A DNA stretch of 64,000 bases from Octopus sinensis. Lineage: Eukaryota. The DNA lies in assembly GCF_006345805.1 (NCBI RefSeq), contig NC_042998.1:103230001-103294000 (forward strand). Reading direction: 5' to 3'. This document shows positions 26,761 through 40,409 of this stretch, piece after piece (within the stretch, counting starts at the first letter, position 1; each line of letters starts with the position of its first letter). Both the position numbers and the translations under genes were made by a program. Below the pieces are notes generated by a model. That model had not been told where the DNA came from. It searched no databases and saw only the letters and a program-made list of their open reading frames with translations.

Positions 26761-27324
26761 GAACTGTTATTAGCAATCAGTATGCTACTGCTCGTGTTAC
26801 GATTACTGAAACTGCCATTCCTACATGAATATGACCATATCTATAATCAAACTGAATGGCCGTAATTGTGTCCATCTTTTCGTTGCTGTAATTAATAAAT
26901 AATATGGTTGCTCTCATCGCCCCCTTCAGTATTACTGTCACCGGTATGGTCCTCGTTATATTTGATAATAATCAAAGGAAACAGCAGATGAATCAATAAT
27001 AGCGAGGGTGACAAAGAAAATCACCAACATTAAGGTGATAAAGGTTGTCACGTTTATTTCTATTATTAGTATTCCTACTCTCGGTGTCAGTTCTGCTGGG
27101 GTTAGACTGTTGATGACCTGTGCAACCAGTGATATACTTACTTTTCATAATGCTTGTATCACTATCATTGCCACCAATTTCAGTCTCACGATTATATTCT
27201 AAAATTATAGCCGTCATAGAAGTTACTATTACTGTTCTTAACTGTCATATAATAACTAAGACGCTCATAGTTTAAACTCTCTTCCTACTATGATCATTCT
27301 TCTAACCCGGAATATTTTGGAACC

Positions 27325-27543
27325 CCTAGAGTCATACATGTGTAGTGGGCTTGCTACCTGCAACCTCCAGAACTATGCTGTTTATACTCTTCGACTATGT
27401 TATACTTTCCTGACAATCATGGCCGTGCCTGGTAGACTTGTGCACGCAATTCCCATTTCCTTCATATTCATCTCAAAATCTTTTGACGCTCTCCCCAAGG
27501 CTCCAACAATAATTGGAACTATCTTCAAGTTTTTACTCTTCCA

Positions 27544-27545
<2 letters not shown>
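27325..27545 (-). mobile_element. R4/Dong-type LINE extreme 3' fragment
   Basis: Minus strand IVPIIVGALGRASKDFEMNMKEMGI...GTAMIVRKV. Confidence 0.7.
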
Positions 27546-27590
<45 letters not shown>

Positions 27591-27607
27591 TTACTACTAC
27601 TACTACT

Positions 27608-28040
27608 AAGCTGGCACAATAATTAGCACGCCGAAGAAAATGCTAAGCAGATTTCGTCAGTCACAACGTTCTGAGTTCAAATTCCGCCGTCTTCGACTTT
27701 TGCTTTCATCCTTTCAGAGTCAATAAATTCAGTACCAGTAGAGCAATGGGGTCGATGTAATCGACTAGCCCCCTCCCTTAAAATTGCTGACCTTGTGCCA
27801 AAAGTTGAAGCTACTATTATTATTAGTGTGTAAGGTGGCAGGCTGGCAAAATCATTAGCACGCCGGACAAAATGCTTAGCGATATTTCGACCGGCTTTAC
27901 TTATCGAGTTCAAATTCTGCTGAAGTTGATTTGGGCTTTCATTTTTGTTTTATTTTTGTGTGGTGGCGAGTCGATAAAATAAGTACCAGTTAAGTTCTGT
28001 GATTGTGATAAAAATGTCATGCCTTGTGCCTTTAGTAGAA
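27608..28040 (+). mobile_element. Two tandem family A SINEs (27608-27812, 27830-28040)
   Basis: Family A head and core in both copies. Confidence 0.85.
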
Positions 28041-28379
28041 GATTATTATTATTTATATTACTATGACCAGTTATTATTGAACTTACTACTGTGGTTACAG
28101 TTATTATTTATTACCATAATTATGATTACTGCTATTATACACGCCAAATTTACTTCTGTTTGAGAAAGCAACTGCAGTCCTCCAAAACAATTCAGCTTTA
28201 TGGAACGCACACCAAATGGGTCTCTTTTTTAAAAATAAATAGAGTGGGCAAGGAGAGGTTTTTCCGTAGTTCAATGACTTTTAGACACAGTATGTTTCAT
28301 TAATCTCTATCCCAGTGGTTCCCAACCTGGGGTCCACAAAAGTAGAACTAGGGGTCCGTAAATTAAATCCCAAATTTCT

Positions 28380-28720
<341 letters not shown>

Positions 28721-28721
28721 G

Positions 28722-28990
28722 CGGAGACCCCCTTCAGTCATGAATGACCATGGTATTGCACCTAGAAAGTTACCCTCCGAGGTACAAGTCCAGGCAAGCT
28801 TGTTTATCGAAGGCCAGCAGTCACCCATGCATACCTGCCTCCCCTCTCCACGCCACCGATGTCATCCAAAGGAAAAGCAAATGCCAAAACAGCTGGACAC
28901 CAGTGATGTCGCAACTCATTTTTGCAGATGAGTGAACAGAAGCAACGTGAAATAAAGTGTCTTGCTCAAGAATACAACACGCAACCCGGT
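28722..28990 (-). mobile_element. SINE family C
   Basis: Reverse complement aligns to 49215-49492. Confidence 0.85.
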
Positions 28991-29059
28991 CCGGTAGATA
29001 TACATATATACATATACATACATAAACATATACATATATACATATACATACATATATCG

Positions 29060-29945
29060 AGGGTATAAGAGATATTGGTGTCTAGAAGACCCAAAGAGCG
29101 ATGAGTAACGCAAAGTAAGTGCTTGCACTTTCATAATGTGTTACTTCGTATGGGGAAAGACAGTAGGCAACAGTATTCAAGGTGGGATCGCACAAAAGTA
29201 GAGTGGAGAAGGATGATGTTGGGGGCATCACTAGACCGAAAATTATCAGAATCCAGGAGCACATCTTGCGGGCCAACTCCACCTTGCTGTTTACCTGGGA
29301 ACTCTAGCTTAGATTGTTGTCAACAACTACTCTAAGATCTCTGGTGTTGTTGGATGACACTAGGGAGTCACCCGAGGGAAGAGCATATGGTAATTCCAGA
29401 GTATTCTCTTTTCCAAAGTAGATGAAAACAAACTTATCTTCATTTAGAAGCATATTGGGTTTTTTTTTCATCCATTGGACAACAGCAAACAGATCCTACT
29501 GAAGAAATATTCAGTCTCCGTTCCATTTATGACTTATCATCTGCAAAGATTTTCAATGTAGAATGTTTGATGACGTCCACTATGTCATTGATGTTGATGA
29601 AAAGAAGTGGGCCCAACACAATACATTGTGGGCCACCACTACTGACTTTGGGTGAGCTAGATCGTATTCCCTCAAACACAAAATGATGGATTATGTCCGT
29701 CAGGAAACATTTTATCCGGCAGCTTTCCACAGACTCAGATGTTGGACAGTTTCTTCAGCAGTATTTTGTGGGCCACTGTGTCAAATACCTTGCTGAAATC
29801 AAGGGATATGACGTCAGTGTTAGATGTCATCAAAATGGTGCAGAAGCTACAACAGGCAGTCTCTGCCATCATAGAAACCATGGTGGTTGGGGTTGAGCAG
29901 ATTGTTGTCTTGGAGGAAGTGAGTTATTCACGATATCATCACCCT
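29060..29945 (-). mobile_element. CR1/L2-clade LINE RT fragment, degenerate
   Basis: Minus strand DFSKVFDTVAHKILLKKL, SGGPQCIVLGPLLFININD...KIFADD, STFVRSHLEYCC. Confidence 0.85.
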
Positions 29946-29989
29946 CTCATATATATATCTGTAAAATAATATGTAACAATTATTCAATA

Positions 29990-30064
29990 GCCAAGATAAA
30001 AAAAACTCTGAGTTTCGGATGCCGAGGTGGAAATCCACAACACCATCTCTTCGGATATCTGGCC
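29990..30064 (-). ncRNA. Hammerhead-like motif with CCGAAGA core variant
   Basis: Minus strand gccagatat-CCGAAGA-G(at)GGTGTTG...CGGCATC-C-GAAAC-TCAGA-GTT-ttttttatcttggc. Confidence 0.5.
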
Positions 30065-30349
30065 ATCTGAAAAACGCTATGAAAAAATACCGTTATACAA
30101 AGGGAAATTACTGTGTTATAATTCCGCTACTTATATAAAAGCGCTAATCCAATGACCGCTAATTAAAATAAGGTTAAAAGTTCATAGTAAACACGTAAGC
30201 ATGCCTACTCATACGCATATATATAAATATAGGTCAAGCATTTTGAAATAAAAATTTTGGAAAGCACTGTTAGGGACCACTGTTAAAAGTTTTGAGAACC
30301 ACTGTTCTAGCAATGAGTTTTACTTCTATCCAGAATTATAATTATACTC

Positions 30350-30674
30350 ACCATAGCAAAGTTTGGCTTCGCTTTGTATGTCAATGATTTTTGATACAGT
30401 TTTTCTTTAGACGTTGCACAATTCAGTAACTTTAGCGACGACAGCTTCAACTATCAGCGTTCCGACAACGTTCCCTGTTTGGAAATTAGATGGGTCCAAG
30501 CATTTTCACTTATTTATTCAACATAAACGTCTGAAAAAAAATAGAAGTACAGGGCGGAGATAATGTATATAAGCACATACACAGGCTAGAACAGTTTTCA
30601 ATTTATCCTGTTGCCATCAGAAAACAAATAGTTAAATAAAAATTGGTGATTCTATTATTTTGTCCTTTCCTGTA
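30350..30674 (-). mobile_element. Tc1-like transposon 5' end
   Basis: Minus strand TIR TA-caggaaaggacaaaataatagaatcacc; relic DPSNFQTGNVVG...AKVTELCNV*RKTVSKII. Confidence 0.65.
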
Positions 30675-30741
30675 TGCATATGCACACACACACACACGCA
30701 CACGCACGCACATACATACACACATACACATATATATATAT

Positions 30742-30935
30742 ACTTTTCTACTCAAGGTACAAGGCCCAAAATTTTGGAGGAGGGGGCCAGTCGATTAGAT
30801 CGATCCCAGTACACAACTGGTACTTAATTTATCGACCCCGAAAGGAAGAAAGGCAAAGTCGACCTCGCCGGACTTTGAACTCAGAACGTAAAGACAGACG
30901 AAATACTGCCAAGCATTTTGCCCGGCGTGTTAATG
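30742..30935 (-). mobile_element. SINE family A
   Basis: Close match to 2383-2580. Confidence 0.9.
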
Positions 30936-30943
30936 ATACATAT

Positions 30944-30995
<52 letters not shown>

Positions 30996-31631
30996 TATAC
31001 ATATATATAAAGTGTGTGTGTGTGTGCACTTCTTTTTTGTATTCGAATCCTTTCCTTGTAATACATTTGAAATGGTAACAATTAAAAGAAGGTATCAATT
31101 TAATGCGCAAATTGCATTTTTTCAGAAATACTATTCAACATTCTAGATATAGGAGCTGTATATCCTGATATGATTTATTTGATCAGGACTAAATAAATGT
31201 TATCTTCGGAAAGGAAAACCTGTTTTCGTGTCAAATTGCTGAAGGTTAAGTTTGTTGGCTTCAGCAAAATCTGTCAAAAAATATCCTCAATATCTTCAAC
31301 ACTTCTTAATAATATTTACTCGTTTTAGTGATATTTAGAAAAGAAACGATAGATAAACAAGTAGGAGAAGAGTAGATTCCGAGAAAATTTATCATGATCT
31401 GCATCGGTAAAAAAATTAGTAACGGAATTCGCAAAAGTAAGAAAAGGTAGCTCGTTATGTAAAGTGGTATCGTATGTAAAACATAAGAACTCCTTACTGT
31501 TCACGGCACACATTTACACGTTCTTTGTTAATATAGTATGTGTTCACAGCGTTGTAGTATCTGCACAATTCAGGTAGAATAAATATTAGGCGCTTTCGTT
31601 CACTGCACCTGTTCATATGTGTGTGCACGTT

Positions 31632-31669
<38 letters not shown>

Positions 31670-31696
31670 TAAGTATTTCACTTATATCTCACGTAT

Positions 31697-31760
31697 TTAT
31701 CGCTGAAGAGGGGAAAATTCTTATGAATTAACCCCGAAATTGGGACCAATAGGGTGATAA
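31697..31760 (+). ncRNA. Type I hammerhead ribozyme motif
   Basis: ttatcg-CTGAAGA-GGGG-aa-AATTC-ttat-GAATT-aa-CCCC-GAAA-TTGG-ga-CCAA-TA-gggtgataa. Perfect core with good stems II and III; stem I is offset by three unpaired G. Confidence 0.72.
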
Positions 31761-32659
31761 CGGATTTTTTAGAAATTTCTATCGGTTTGTTTCGAGACGC
31801 ATAAATTATAATGGTTATTGACAATTTTTGTCTTTTTTTCCGGCATATTTGGCATTAGAATTTTTCTTTTGCTCTTTATTTTATAAATTATTTATAAATT
31901 TAACATTTAAAGATATTTTTGATATGCTGGCCATTGATAAAAAATTTTTCTGGAAAAATATTTTATCCTACATTAGTTATATATATATATATAGGAAGTT
32001 ATCAAGCAGTGGAAAAACCTTGTTAATTATAAATCTACGTAATATACGACATACAGATTAGATGTATTTTAGAATGCCGGTAATCCGATTGGCGCTGATG
32101 TTAGTGGAGCCACTTGATCGAGGATTTTATAATCGAACCATTTTGTGAAAGTAAGGACTGGGTTACTTAATTATGGGGAAATTTCGCTCGAACTTTAGTT
32201 TGTGCCATCAGATAAAAGCGTTTTATCAATTCGTCCTTATTACCAAGCAAAATCATTAGATTAACCAGTTCTCTATTACAGAAGAAACCACTGACTGTAA
32301 AATCTATCATGACAAATTCATGAACATCATTTTAATACGGATGTGTAAAACTACGGTGGTGTGCGGAAAACCTTGATTTTGTAGGCTCCGATTTCTCTTC
32401 TCTGAAGTGAACTGACCTACAGTAGCAGTGAATTCAGACTGCTATAAGTTCGTATTATACAACATTCTTTATAAGAACTGAACAGACGTGGCATTTGTTG
32501 AGCCAATATACAATATGTATTGTTTCAATGAAGCCTAGGTTCGCACATGGTCGCTATTAAGAAAATTTTGTTTTTTTTTCTTTTTGACCATGTTATCTCC
32601 CAATGGTGGTGTTGAGGTCTGCTTGATCACTAAGCCTTTCACTTTGTAATATTTTGCTT

Positions 32660-33392
32660 GAATTGAAAATTCCACCGAGGTCGACTTTGTTTTTATCCTT
32701 CCGGGGTCGATAAAATAAGTACCAGTTGGAGACTGAATTTGATGTAATCGACTTCAACCATTCCTCGAGATTGATTGTCTTGTGCCAAAATAGGAAACTA
32801 ATATTTCGTTTGAATAAAGCGGCGAACTGGCAGAATCGTTAGCACGCCGGGCGAAATGCTTCGCAGTATTTCGTCTGCCGCTACGTTCTGAGTTCAAATT
32901 CCGCCGAGGTCAACTTTGCCTTTCATCCTTTCACGGTCGATTAAATAAGTACCAGTTACGCACTGGGGTCGATATAATCGACTTAATCCGTTTGTCTGTC
33001 CTTGTTTGTCCTCTCTGTGTTTAACCCTTTGTGGGTAGTAATGATTTAGGTATTTCGTCTGCCGCTACGTTCTGAGTCCAAATTCCGCCGATGTCGGCTT
33101 TGCCTTTCATCCTTTCGGGCTCGATTAAATAAGTACCAGTTACACACCGGAGTCGATATAATCGACTTAATCCGTTTGTCTGTCCTTGTTTGTCCCCTCT
33201 GTGTTTAGCCTCTTGTGGGTAGTAAAGAAATAGGTATTTTATGCATTTTTATGTTCTGAGTTCTAATCCCAACGAGGCTGATTTTACCTTTCATTCTTTC
33301 GGGGTCGAGAAAATAAATACCAGTGGAGTCAATGTAATCGACTTATCCTTCTCTCGAAATTGCTGGCCTTGCGCCCAAACTTCAAACCAATA
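32660..33392 (+). mobile_element. Family A SINE array: partial copy 32660-32800, then head plus tandem 184-bp modules
   Basis: Module start gtattt recurs at 32866, 33050 and 33234. Confidence 0.9.
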
Positions 33393-36189
33393 TTTCGTTC
33401 GGATATACTATAAAAAGAAAGAATTTGTCTGTAAACCGCGTACACTAAATGTATTGAAAATCGCTGTTCATCAGGAAATTGCAATGCCTCGAGGCATGGT
33501 GCGACTTTCAATGTAAAACTTTTAAGCAAGGCTAAATATATATGTGTGTTGGGAAACATTTTCATTGGCGTCATTATCAAGAATCAATATACCTTTACCT
33601 ATTTGTTACATTTGACTGTATATTTAGGCAATAATGTTGGTAATATAATATGTTAGGTAACATTGGACCCACTTAAAATCCAGGCTTTCCTGAATGACCG
33701 CTTGCTTAGTTGTTGTTGCTTATATGAAAGGGTTGGCCGCAAAGGTAAATGCGGAATGAGTAATTTAAATAGCTGAATATAAGTTGAGTCATGTAATTTG
33801 GCTTCATTAAAAACTTTACCGGTTTATATTTTAGAAAATGAACTATGTGTTCGCTTTCCGGCAAAGTTAGCATTTTCTTTAAAACTTCTTGAGCTTAATT
33901 AAGGTTCTGCGTATCAACTCCTTATTCTTTATCACATACTCTTTCTCACATTTACTCTTTTTAACTATTTGATCCATTTATATAAACACCAATTAGCATT
34001 TATAAAAACAATTAGCATCATGTTACTCTTACTCGTACGCTCCTGATTGAGATAATCAAGTATACATTAGTAGTAGTGTATAACTTTATTCCGTTAGACA
34101 GTATTAAATCCTTTCTTTAGTTACTAATTAATATTTTTCTTTGAATAATTAAGGCCTAATTGTTAAACTTCACGCACTAAATATAACACAAGGTATTTTC
34201 TACTCAAGATCGAGAGAATGCACTTTTTGATGGTGCCACACATGCACACATAAGATCGAAATCTTCCAACAAAACTGCAAAGCGAACTTCTTCACCCCAG
34301 TCGTGTTTTAAGAACTATGTAATTTAGATTTAAAACAGTCAGGGCTGCAGAAGTTTTCATATAAGAACCGAGTATTGGTGAGTACTTTTGAGATTATTTT
34401 ACGGAGTTGAACTTTTAATACTGTTAACTACTGTGTAGTGAAAACGTGCTGGCAGTTCTTATTAACGGTACATGTTTATATTTATTTCAAGCTGTTACAG
34501 CCACAAATCAATACTAAAGTTGTAATACAAGTATGGAACAGTAGTAGTAGTGTACTTAGTGGTAGCGGAATAGTTGTAGCGGGTGATATACTGATGTTAA
34601 GAAATATAACAAAAATGAATATAAATTGAACGATACGTTCAGAAAGACTAAATTATTCAGAGCGACCTGCACCAGGTTAAATTAAATTGTAAATGAGAGA
34701 TTTCTTAAACTAAATGTTTTCTGTGCATTGATTGCTTAGTGTATATGATTTGACTCAAGACATATTCACTAGTGACTATTTTAGAAACATTGCTTTCCCT
34801 GTGTACTGTAGCCAAAGGAATCGAAGTTAGGTAACGTATGGCAGAATACTGTTATATCTTAATTAAAGAACTCTGATTGTATCGAAAATGAGTCTATGTT
34901 TTACTACTTCAGAAATTAAATACACCAATAATATTTAGCCTATTTGCGAACAAGAATTTTAAAAGGGTAGGAAAATTTTGAAAATCCTCGTTGTTTTTAT
35001 GCTTGCTATAAACTGTCGGCTTATGTGTTGTCAATATTTATTAGTACTTATATTCCTTTTCGATTTCTAAAACATTTACAAATGTCTCTTTTGGGGGGAA
35101 ATGTTATCCTTATATGCATACATTGCATTCAAAATGAAGAAATTGGTTAGTGGATATTAAAAACTGTGCTTATGGCTCAGTGTTGTTATACAGTTCTGGT
35201 TAAATGGAAAATGGATGATTGTAGGAATTTCTGACCGCTGGTGTAATGCAGAAGAGCCAAAATCAAGTTTGGGTGGCTGAATCGCTATAATCATCCAGAT
35301 AGCTATTAATATTTGTACAATATAAAATTGGAATATCAAACTGTGTGAGTGTATCAAAATGTGATAATGTGGAGACCGTAAATGTTTTCCTATTTGCATC
35401 TTCTCCAGAAATATGTGTCACTATTTTTAAATAAAAGAAATTACAATCCACGAAACCTAGTGGTGGAGTGAAAAATAATATCGGCAGAACTGATTATTGA
35501 AGAGACCATTGATTATTAAGCAATTCGAAAAATAAATGAAATACCCATAGTTTGGACAATGTTGTTTAGTGTTGAATGGTTGTAAGTTTTAAGCTATGCG
35601 ACTTGTTGCATTGTTTGCTCGGAAGTATTGGTTTAACTTCTATATAGATGCTTTAGAGTTGTTTTCTTCACTGGATAACTTTTAAAATTCTGTCTCTTCA
35701 AATATTTCTAAACGATATTTTCCCATGTAATCCACTTTTTTGTTTTTTTGAAGAAGTATATTTCGTAGAAATTCTTATGTTTTTTTCCTGATAATTCTTT
35801 ATCCGTGTGATTCATTCCTCAATTTATGTAGCATTTTTCAATGATTCTGGCTAAACTTTATATCATACATCTTCCTTTCAACATGTTAGTCTAATTCTAA
35901 TTTTATTATCTGACATTTTTTCTTCTTAGAAAGATAATTGATAAAGCTACAAACTTTTTTTCAGACGTCTCATGATATAATTGCAATATGACTACTTTGC
36001 TAATACTGTTTTGTAATTTTTTGAGACGAGAAGGGAGGCATACCTTCTCAAGAACAGCAGATTAACATAAACCTGTTCAAATACTCTGTCTTCTAAAAGA
36101 ATGGCATTTTAGCTTTCTCAACAATTTGAGAAGCTATTTTAAAGTCTTGACTCGTTCACAGTTTTTTTTGTTATTTTTGTTTGTTTTTT

Positions 36190-36700
36190 ATATAATATAT
36201 GTCTCCGTGATTGTAGTAATAATTACATACTGGGCGGTTCGAAGAGAGTTGTGGAATTTTCCTGGAGATGTGTCGTAGTTAGGTGTGTGGATCAGAATGT
36301 GATGTCGGGATCGAATTGTTGTTGCTGGCTTGCAGAGGGGATTGTTTATGATAAAATGCAGATAGATTTGTGATGTTATTGTTACCTGCACGAGTTGAAA
36401 ACCAGAATTTGAGTGCATTGGATGGTCCAATAATGGCGATTGTAAGTGTTGTAGTGTTGAACTTGGTGCCGTGGGATAGTTTGCGTATTCTATAGCAGTA
36501 TATGAGTATTTTTATATCACTGTGCTTCTTGTTGTTTGATTTTTCAGTCGAAGGCATTCATTGTATTGTATGTTTTTCTATTAGTTTGTAGAAGACATTC
36601 GTTCGAAAGTCATTTGTGAAACATGCAGTCAGAAGAGGTCTGTTTAGTTTGATTTTGTGTAATTTGGAAAACTGGAAGATCTGTCTTCAGGTAGTCAGAA
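36190..36700 (-). mobile_element. Highly decayed RT relic, possibly Penelope-like
   Basis: Minus strand KLHKIK-x-RPL-like and DIK-like remnants; weak signal. Confidence 0.3.
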
Positions 36701-36741
36701 TAACATTTGTACCGTGATTATTATTATTATTATTATTATTA

Positions 36742-36767
<26 letters not shown>

Positions 36768-36775
<8 letters not shown>

Positions 36776-37155
36776 TCCGCCAAGGAAGGAGGTTATGTTT
36801 TCATCGGTGTTGGTTTGTCCATCTGTCTGTCTGTGTGCAAAATAACTCAAAAAAGTTGTAAACGGTATCTAATGAAACTTGTAGGAATAGTTGGTGATGA
36901 CACAAATAACAGATGATGAAATTTTGGTAGTGATTCGGGAATTTGTATGGATTCTTGAAGGATTTTTCCTTTGTTATATCTACTTTACATGAAGTATCAC
37001 AATGTTACGTGCTTTGATTATCTCCCTTGAAAACACATTCATCGTTTCCACGTAACCTATGGAGGAGTTTCTGATTCCAAAGTTTATTTTCGTTTCTCTA
37101 TTAGTAATTTTACTCGTGTATCTATCTTAAAATGAACTGCTTAGCGGAGGTCTGT
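36768..37155 (+). mobile_element. Helentron-associated (DINE/HINE-like) non-autonomous element
   Basis: tt-acctccgccaagg-aaggaggttatgttttc...(ctgt)n..., with the matching subterminal IR cttagcggaggt at ~37140; 3' end interrupted by a LINE. Confidence 0.75.
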
Positions 37156-37650
37156 AAGGATGACATGACAAGCTTTGACTATTGGGATAGACTCAAAAAG
37201 CTCAGGCTTTGCTCCTTCCACCGCCGCTGTGAGCTTTTTATCTTCTGTATGTTGTGGAAGATATTCCATCAACATTGCCCATCTTTAAAATTCGTCCGAG
37301 GCTTGGCCCCCGTGAAATCCGTCCACTACAGAAATGTTCGTGTCGTATCACAACACTATAACAGAAATATTTCAACTCAATTGGCCCTGCTCGCTTCAAC
37401 ATCGTGTCAGACACACATAAAGGAGGAAAGTGACTTCACGGCATTCAAACAATCCCTAGATGATTGCACACAACAAATACCAGATAAACCACCCTCACCC
37501 AGATATGTCTCTGAAAACAATAACCCTCTGCTTGAATGGGCTACCTACTGTTCCCCAGAGCTGACTGTGTATCTCTTCCAGGTGATGCTATTAAATTAGA
37601 CATGGCCTGAGTCAACTTCAGCCGAAACTTATCTAAGTAATCTAATCTAT
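37156..37650 (+). mobile_element. CR1-like LINE 3' end
   Basis: DYWDRLKKLRLCSFHRRCE...FKQSLDD...QIPDKPP; ends in an (atcta)-type short tandem tail. Confidence 0.8.
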
Positions 37651-38134
37651 GCTGTAACCTATTAATCAAAGCATGACAACGTGGGTAGAGGCTGATATCT
37701 TAACATTTCTGATGGCCATGAGTATAAAAAAAAATTATTAAAGATTTATATAAAACTTCATTCAGAGTATGTCTATAAGCTATTGTGTTTAGACCTGGTT
37801 TCTATCATCAAACTGTTCCGTTTTGTAGATGCAATATTTTTTTTTTACAAAAAACTCCGAAATTAGAAAAATCAAAAATCTGCAACAATCTCGGTTTCAT
37901 GATTATCGGATAATGGATTTTCGACTGTGTAAACAAACCGATTGTGGTGATCGTAGTTTTGACGGTGATAGTGGTGAAAGCAGATAGTGTTGATGATGAC
38001 GATAGTCGAGATAAGTATGGAGGAGGTTAAAATAGCATCATTGGTTATAATGACGACAGGAGCGGTGTATTATAACTGCTTCAGATGATTCCTCTTTTTA
38101 AAGGTTTTTTTTTTTTATCATATGGCTGTGTTAT

Positions 38135-38266
38135 TTTTTTACCCCCGCCAAGGAGGTTATGTTTTTGCCGACGTTGGTTTGGGAAATTGCGCGATTTTCA
38201 GCATGCATGTATATAGGTGGAAATGAGCTGCTTGGCGAAGGTCTGCGCTCTCCGAGTGCTTTTCTA

Positions 38267-38270
<4 letters not shown>
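38135..38270 (+). mobile_element. Short Helentron-associated element
   Basis: ttttt-acccccgccaagg...cttggcgaaggt-ctgcgctctccgagtgc-ttttctagtt: subterminal IRs, 3' hairpin and CTAG|TT end. Confidence 0.8.
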
Positions 38271-38297
<27 letters not shown>

Positions 38298-38348
38298 GTA
38301 GTAGTAGTAGTAGTAGTAGTAGTATAGTAGTAGTAGTAGTAGTAGTAT

Positions 38349-38565
38349 TAAGCCAGCGAGCAGGCAGAATCGTTAGAACGCCGGGTGAAATGCTCTGCGG
38401 AATTTCGCCCGTCGTTACGTTCTGAGATCAAATTCTGCCGAGGTCGACTTTGCTTTTCATCCTTTCGAGGTCGTTAAATTAAGTACCAGTTGAGTACTGG
38501 AGTTGATGTGATCGACTGTCCCCCTCTCCAGAAAATCCAGGCCTTGTGCCTAAAGTAGAAAGGAT
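38349..38565 (+). mobile_element. SINE family A
   Basis: Full head, core and tail followed by (ATT)n. Confidence 0.9.
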
Positions 38566-38578
38566 TATTATTATTATT

Positions 38579-38643
<65 letters not shown>

Positions 38644-38644
38644 C

Positions 38645-40030
38645 TTATGCTGGCTTTTGCTTTACATTTGTACAAGTTGGCTCCAAGTCTCACCCAGAGA
38701 CCACAAGAGACAACAAGTTAGAAGTTCATGTTGGTGTTGTGCCTAGGATGCTATATATTTAGTTTTGTACGTAGTGTTGTTCTAGAGAATGTTTAAGAAA
38801 ATTATGTGCTTGTTTTACAATTTGAGATTACATAGAACGTATTTTGCGTAGGATTTGGGGAGTTCCCATGAGCACTATCTTTTTAATTTCTGCTATTTTG
38901 CGGGTTTCCTGATACCTAAGCTAAGTAGCAATCAGCTCCTTTTGCTATCATTCCCAGGGCACCTATGACAACAGGTATTGTTTTAGTCTTCAGGTTTCAC
39001 ATTTTGCTAATTTCTATTTCAAGATCTTTATACTTGTTCAGTTTTTGGCAGGCCTTGACAAATACGTTTATATCGATTGGGACACTCATATCAATAAGCA
39101 GGCATGATTTTTGTCTGAAGTCTTTCAATATAATGTCTGGTTTATTTGCATCTATCTTACTGTCAATTTGAATGGTGATGTTTCAGAGGAGTGAGATGTG
39201 ACTATTTTCAAACACTGGAGGTGGTTTGTGTTCCCACCAGTTTTTATTATGGGGCAAGTCCAGGCTTTTACAAATTACCCAGTGAATATATTTTGCAGCT
39301 CCATCATGCATGTTGAGATACTCTATAGGTGCAAGAAGACTGTACATGGAGACAACATGATCAATGATTTCATTTTGTTGTTGACATACACGACATGTTG
39401 GGAAGCTGCCGTTCTTTAATATGTTGGCCTGGTAGTTCCTGGTAGTTCCTACTGGGGTAATGCAATCGACTTGCTTCCAGCTACAAAATTTCAGACCGCG
39501 TGCCAATAGTAAACAGGATTATTAATTCATTCTTATTACACAGAAATACTTAATATTCTTAAGAATTTACATTTCTAACCGTATTTTATTCGTGACCTAA
39601 TTAACTCCATTTCTGATATGATGTATTCAGTATTAGTTTATTGATCTTGGGCTGCTATGATAAGCCCTTCTATTTCAGATTTTAAGCCAGAAGCCATTAA
39701 CCATTGATAGGTAAGGGATTTGTCAACATCTGCATTATTCGCTCTCTTTGGGTATTTACCATTGAGAGGATTTTCTTAGCAATTATTAGTCGGAATACCT
39801 AAGTTTTAGCACGTGTTTTCATGCGCTTAGCTTTTTCTGCGCTTGTTTCTAGTATGTCTAATTCCGGAATGTGTTGTATTCGGAATTCACTTTTGCCTGT
39901 TTTGTTACTGAGTAGGATGCTTTCTTGTTTTCATGTTTCGAGACAAGTTTTAACATCCAATCCTCAGAGTTTTTCAGGTAGGTCCTATTGCAGTTAATAT
40001 TGTACTTGGTAATTTTAGTTTTTGTGTCAC
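38645..40030 (-). mobile_element. R4/Dong-type LINE 3' portion, degenerate, interrupted at 39450-39642
   Basis: Minus strand IAAQDQ / NYQANILKNG..CRVCQQQNEIIDHVVS / NKPDIILKD...LIDMSVP / KYKDLEIEISKM; same family as 62772-63180. Confidence 0.88.
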
Positions 40031-40409
40031 TCTTACAAAGTATTTTGTGTGTGTGTATGTGTGCATTTATGTTTGTGTGTATATGAGCGCGCGTGTGCGT
40101 GTGTGTGTGTGCGCGCGTGTGTGTGTGTGTGAAGTACTTAAATTTTAATTCATTCTATACAGACTTTGAAACTGTGAAGAACACTAATAATGGTAAATAC
40201 CTACCGCTACATTTATTGATTTCTCTATGTACATTTATTGATGTCAGTTTTAACTTTTCTGTAAATTTCTATGGATTCGTAATTTTGGTAAGACATAAAT
40301 CGTTAGTACTTATGCCGATATTTTCAAGACTTTCTTAGACACTATTACTATCCACTTCGTGCCATTTTTAGCAAGTGTAGCTCCGTGACAGCGTTGTTAA
40401 TGAATTCTA

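Noticed and set aside
32866-33392. CRISPR-like array
   Set aside because: Units are contiguous 184-bp SINE modules without unique spacers; eukaryotic context and no cas genes.
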